Positions 59,877 to 64,000 of a stretch of DNA of 64,000 nucleotides are shown here, in pieces. The notes below the pieces were generated by a model. That model saw only the letters and a program-made list of their open reading frames with translations, did not search any database and was not told where the DNA came from. This DNA comes from Octopus sinensis (lineage: Eukaryota), in contig NC_042998.1 of assembly GCF_006345805.1 (NCBI RefSeq), positions 36,022,001-36,086,000 on the forward strand, read 5' to 3'. The translations under genes were made by a program, and so were the position numbers. Positions within the stretch are counted from its first letter, which is position 1, and every line of letters starts with the position of its first letter.

Positions 59877-60495
59877 CTGTGTTTGTCCTCCCAACATCGC
59901 TTGACAACTGATGCAGGTGTGCTTACGTTCCCGTAACTTAGCGGTTCGGCAAAAGAGACCGATAGAATAAGTATTAGACTTACAAAGAATAAGTCCTGGG
60001 GTCGATTTGCTCGACTAAAGGCAGTGCTCCAGCATGGCTGCAGTCAAATGACTGAAACAAGTAAAAGAGTAAAAGAATAATAGAGAAAGAACCGGTTTCT
60101 AACATAGATCCAAGGTTCCTTCATTGGAATTTCAACATCAACATGGTATTTTTGTATGTCTGAACCTATATGCGTGCAGATTTGTATGTTTTGCTTTATG
60201 TATGTATCCTCATGCATATAGTTACATATCTAGATATGCTCATATATATTTAAATGATAAATTTCTGAAAAAGTTTTACAGATTTTTTACAGTTCCAGTG
60301 ATGCATCTGTAGACTTCGAATTAGCTTTCTCCTTTCTGGTTTTGAGAAGCCTAATTTCCCAAGATTGGTATTTAGGCAGCGTATTACATATCCTAGGGCC
60401 CCCAAAATTACAGGTATAAACCTGAACTTGTAATCTGGATAGAATGACTACAGATTTCTCAATAGTTCAGCGTAGGTATTCTCTTTTTCACTGAT
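59612..60495 (-). mobile_element. R4-like RLE LINE 3' fragment interrupted by SINE-B
   Basis: Homolog of 21035-21715 (KISEKENTYAELLRNL..YPDYKFRFIPV..GALGYV...GTVKICK). Confidence 0.82.
59648..60078 (+). mobile_element. SINE family B nested in the LINE 3'UTR, AATA duplicated
   Basis: AATA at 59644-59647 and at 60079-60082; empty-site homolog near 58855. Confidence 0.92.
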
Positions 60496-60904
60496 CTTCA
60501 GAAAATGTATGTGTGTGTTACATACATACATACATAATACATACATACATACATACATACATAAATACAGACACGTGCACACACAAAGACACACATACGC
60601 ACACGTGTCTGTTCTTATGGTTAGTTATAATAAAATAAGTTTCCATTAATCTGTTGTGTTAATCTATACTTTTATAGTTTCGGATAGTTAACCCATGGTC
60701 GGACTGCAGGCCGACGATTGGTTAACTGGCGGGAATTTCGAAGTCACTGTCAATAATATTCTTGTATAAGAATAATGTGTATATGTATATATGTACTTGA
60801 AAGTGGATGCGTGGCGTTCCATCAAATAATAACAAAATAATAAATAAAATATATGCATATATACATACATATATGTAAGTACCTACATCTATATATACAT
60901 GCAT

Positions 60905-61252
60905 ATATGGGTACAGGACACCAAAAAAACGTCGAACTCAATGGGGAACGAAAAGATAAAAACAAAACCATGGAAACGGACATTTTTTTTTAAACAACGA
61001 AAAAACAGTGTACAAGACATATAACACAAGGAAAATTCCCCTTCTTCAGCCGCCCCTGCTTCGTCTACTCCGTGTTTCGAAGGTAAAGGCGAGACACGAC
61101 TTCATTGAAACAGTCCTTCTCGCCAAGCAAATTAAATATAATTTGGGATTTTTTTGCGGAGGGGTAAAAGTGGTAACAAAAACAGGACAGTAAAACCAAT
61201 ACAAATAAAAACAGTAAAAGACAGGACAAGGAGAATAACAGTAACACAAACA

Positions 61253-61258
<6 letters not shown>
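60905..61258. repeat. Probable interspersed repeat, unclassified
   Basis: A-rich block bounded by microsatellites, similar in style to 17357-17560. No second copy in the window. Confidence 0.3.
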
Positions 61259-61288
<30 letters not shown>

Positions 61289-62059
61289 CCTGAAGGCGTT
61301 TGTGACCGAAATATATGATTTTTGCGGCTGTTTAACTTACGCGCTCTCTATATGCGTAGAGAGGATTTCGTATTTATGTAAGAATGTGTTCACCTATAAT
61401 TCCATTCAGCTGAATCTATTTATGCAATCACGAACGCGTGAATACATTTTGGATATGCGTGAATGACATTTTCGTGTAAGCGTGAATGCATATTGGCGCA
61501 TGTATGTATGTGTATAGGTATTGTTTTTATGTTCATAAACATGTTTAAGGTAAAGTATTTTCTAGAAAAGAAAAAAAAAGCAACCTTCATAGCTTTTAAA
61601 AGCCCTTCTAAACATTCTAAAGCCAGTTTAGCTAATAATGACCAGCAAGAAATTATGTTGGTTGGTTGACATTAGGCTCATACTGTTGTACATGTACAAG
61701 CCAACTGTGAAAATATCGCTGCTTGCTTCAAAACCAATAAAACCCAGTGGACCGGATACCGCGCTTCTATTATCTTCAGGCAATGCTTCCAAGAGCTGGC
61801 CCTGACTCACCGAATTCTTTAATCTCTATTTCATTATAAGTATTTATCCCTATCTTTTGGAACATATTACAATGTATAACGTTCTGAAGAAGAGCAACCC
61901 TTACACCTCCCTCAAAAATCGACTTATTGATCTCGCGCCCGATTTCTCGTAGGTGAAAAAAAAGTGCTCCTCAACACTTTGAACTCCTCTTGTAAAGCCA
62001 TATCTACTGGAAACCTGTTCTTGTAAATTACTCACCAACGGGCCATCATCATTCTAATA

Positions 62060-62395
62060 TATGGCAAAACAAGGATATTGTACTTGAAATCAGCGATGGT
62101 ATCCGAGTTGCCTCCGGTCTCCAGACATGGTCTTGTGGAGTTTCCTCAAAGAGCTAGCATCACGTGTAGAACGAATCCAGTTAACAATTGAAATCTTTGT
62201 GAGGATCACTTCCGTCCTCTTCCTTTGGCCAAGAATGGTGGCTAGTTTTAACTGTGTGGTGGTTATGACAAAGGAGACATGAGGAACAAGAATGAAGTGA
62301 GTGAAGATAGATACTTTCCTCTTCTGTCAAGCGTTCATCGACTTTTTCAAGTTTCATTTGGAAAGGGTGGAGAGGGAATTTATTGGAAGTGTGGC
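62060..62395 (+). pseudogene. L1/Tx1-like ORF2 C-terminal fragment
   Basis: LWSFLKELASRVERIQL...TR.K..KIDTFLFCQAFIDFFKFHLERVERE. Confidence 0.55.
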
Positions 62396-62399
62396 CCAA

Positions 62400-64000
62400 G
62401 AGAATGCCTGTATACATGGCTATTTTTCGAGGCTACAAGGTGAACACATCAACTCGGCCGTAATCGGGATGCAGATGGTTGTCTTTTGGAAAGGTCTTGA
62501 TCTCGTGATTCAGACGATTTTCCTTAACCCAGTTGTTTACTTGGGGTTGTTAGGCGTGAGTAAGAGCGAAGGCCATACCTTTAGGCGGGGCGGCCAGATT
62601 TCTTTTGGCATTGAGAAGTCTTCTGAAGAAAGTGCCGCTCTTTTCGTGCAAGTGGGTGACTGGGAAGCCGTCTTGGATGCATGCTTAGACTGTGCGATAG
62701 GAGAAGAGTTATAAAAGCTCCACAAACCTGTTCGGATGTTTTTGAAATGTTTGGTAGGTATCGATTAAATGTTCCAAATGTGAATATAGTCAAACTACAT
62801 CGATTACACAAACCAATAGACCCGGTTATTAGAAGCGCTCAGCTTCTAATAGCCGGATGAAGCTAACAGAAACCGGATTAGTGAATTAGTAAAGTGGCCG
62901 TGACTGTGGCAATCGTCACGAACGAAGAGTATGTTTCTATAAAGCCAGGGCTCTAATAGTAGTCCACCCTGAAATGGGTTATTAGAAAAGAATCAGTAGG
63001 ATTAAGTAAGAAACCTGCAACAATGAAAAACTCGACTTGAAGAGGCATTCATGAAAGCGTGGTTGTGGCACAATTCAGTCTTTGGAGAACCATAACGAGC
63101 TCATGCTACACGATTCTGAGATGGGTGCAGTTTTTTTTAGCGGCGCTTCGTTCAATTGTTCGGGACCTATCGTGGGACGGATCGTGTGTCTGTCTCGATG
63201 GCCTATTACAACTCTTGAAAACGGAGTTGGTAAGTTGCGCAAGTCCAATCGTAGCCATTGAAATACAGGAAGCGTTGGCTAGTTGCAAGAAGGGCAATCC
63301 CTTGGTTTGGCTAGTCTGCCCTACGAGCTTCATGCTTATATGCCGCACATGTTCAGCGATCTATTGGAAGATGCCTACTTCTACGGGTAGCCCTATTTGA
63401 CAGTTCTCATTTCTCTTTGTCAAGGAGTGGTGAACTTGCTGAGAAAGAACCCGAATAATAGGGACTACGTCAATAATTTTCTGCTCAATTACTCTTCTAG
63501 ATGCAGAGTTCATTATTTTTTCCAGTGTATTAGCGAAGGTGTTGCTACTTGACACCGATAGCTTATGATGCGCAGAGACATGCGCCATCCCGAACAGTTC
63601 TGTTTATGACAGCCTTTATCACATGTGATACATCATAGAGAGGTTGGATAAGGACCAATACCCAAGCAACGTTGTTCTCTAGCAAACACTCAGCACAAAG
63701 AGGAACCAATAAGCTGACCTTTTCCGAGAAACCTTTATATCAGGTTATACTTTCCCAGGTATAATTTCCAGAAATGGTTAGTCTGTTCTGGTGGACTTTC
63801 ACCGAGGCTTTATGGATAATCTCCAGAAATTCCTTACTCGAAGGGTGATTGCCAGTTTGAAATAAACTCTGTTGGCACGGAATATCTGCCAGAGATGTCT
63901 GAGATGCGCGCAGAGTGACAAAACCGTTTTGCAAGGGACCCGCTCTGTACCCAAGCTTCGCTGGCTTCCATTGTTGTTCCATTGAGTTGTGTCGAGGAGA
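62400..64000 (-). mobile_element. Probable decayed DIRS-like (tyrosine recombinase) retroelement, running off the window end
   Basis: Weak, frameshifted similarities in the expected order: RT-like LSIKPR and HKLSV..SRRVIE, RNaseH-like THLRIV, YR-like AAPPK. Confidence 0.4.

Noticed and set aside
60088-60130. Hammerhead-like CCAATGA-A-GG…GAAAC-CG-GT in the LINE 3'UTR
   Set aside because: The core is CCAATGA in both copies (also near 58812) and the base of stem II is unpaired.
62301-62714. 137-aa ORF as a real protein
   Set aside because: It is a chimera: the first ~30 aa are an L1-like tail and the rest is antisense to the adjacent element.

Overview
Eukaryotic, AT-rich, repeat-saturated DNA. 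It is most likely intergenic or intronic sequence from an octopus genome; this is an inference from the SINE families and microsatellite density, not a database match. I see no intact protein-coding gene, rRNA, functional tRNA or CRISPR array. Most ORFs in the supplied track are microsatellite translations or read-throughs of SINEs. Three tRNA-headed SINE families are present. Family A (about 16 loci) often forms head-to-tail dimers and trimers. Family B (about 16 loci) carries a central (TA)/(TG) microsatellite. Family C has two main copies plus fragments. The window also holds a decayed Helitron Rep/helicase with non-autonomous Helitrons, fragments of non-LTR retrotransposons (R4/Dong-like, HERO-like, CRE-like, L1/Tx1-like, APE-type), a Penelope-like GIY-YIG remnant, Tc1/mariner, hAT and pogo-like remnants, a probable DIRS-like fossil, several MITEs/foldbacks and many microsatellites. 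I cannot support a wholly new biological system. The best leads are SINE-A multimers that retroposed as single TSD-flanked units with fixed internal junctions, minimal hammerhead-like motifs (one with a compensatory U3-A8 core), a perfect 89-bp-arm hairpin, and a MITE found twice inside the central microsatellite of SINE-B. All family assignments come from recalled motifs and manual translation, and boundaries are approximate unless stated.
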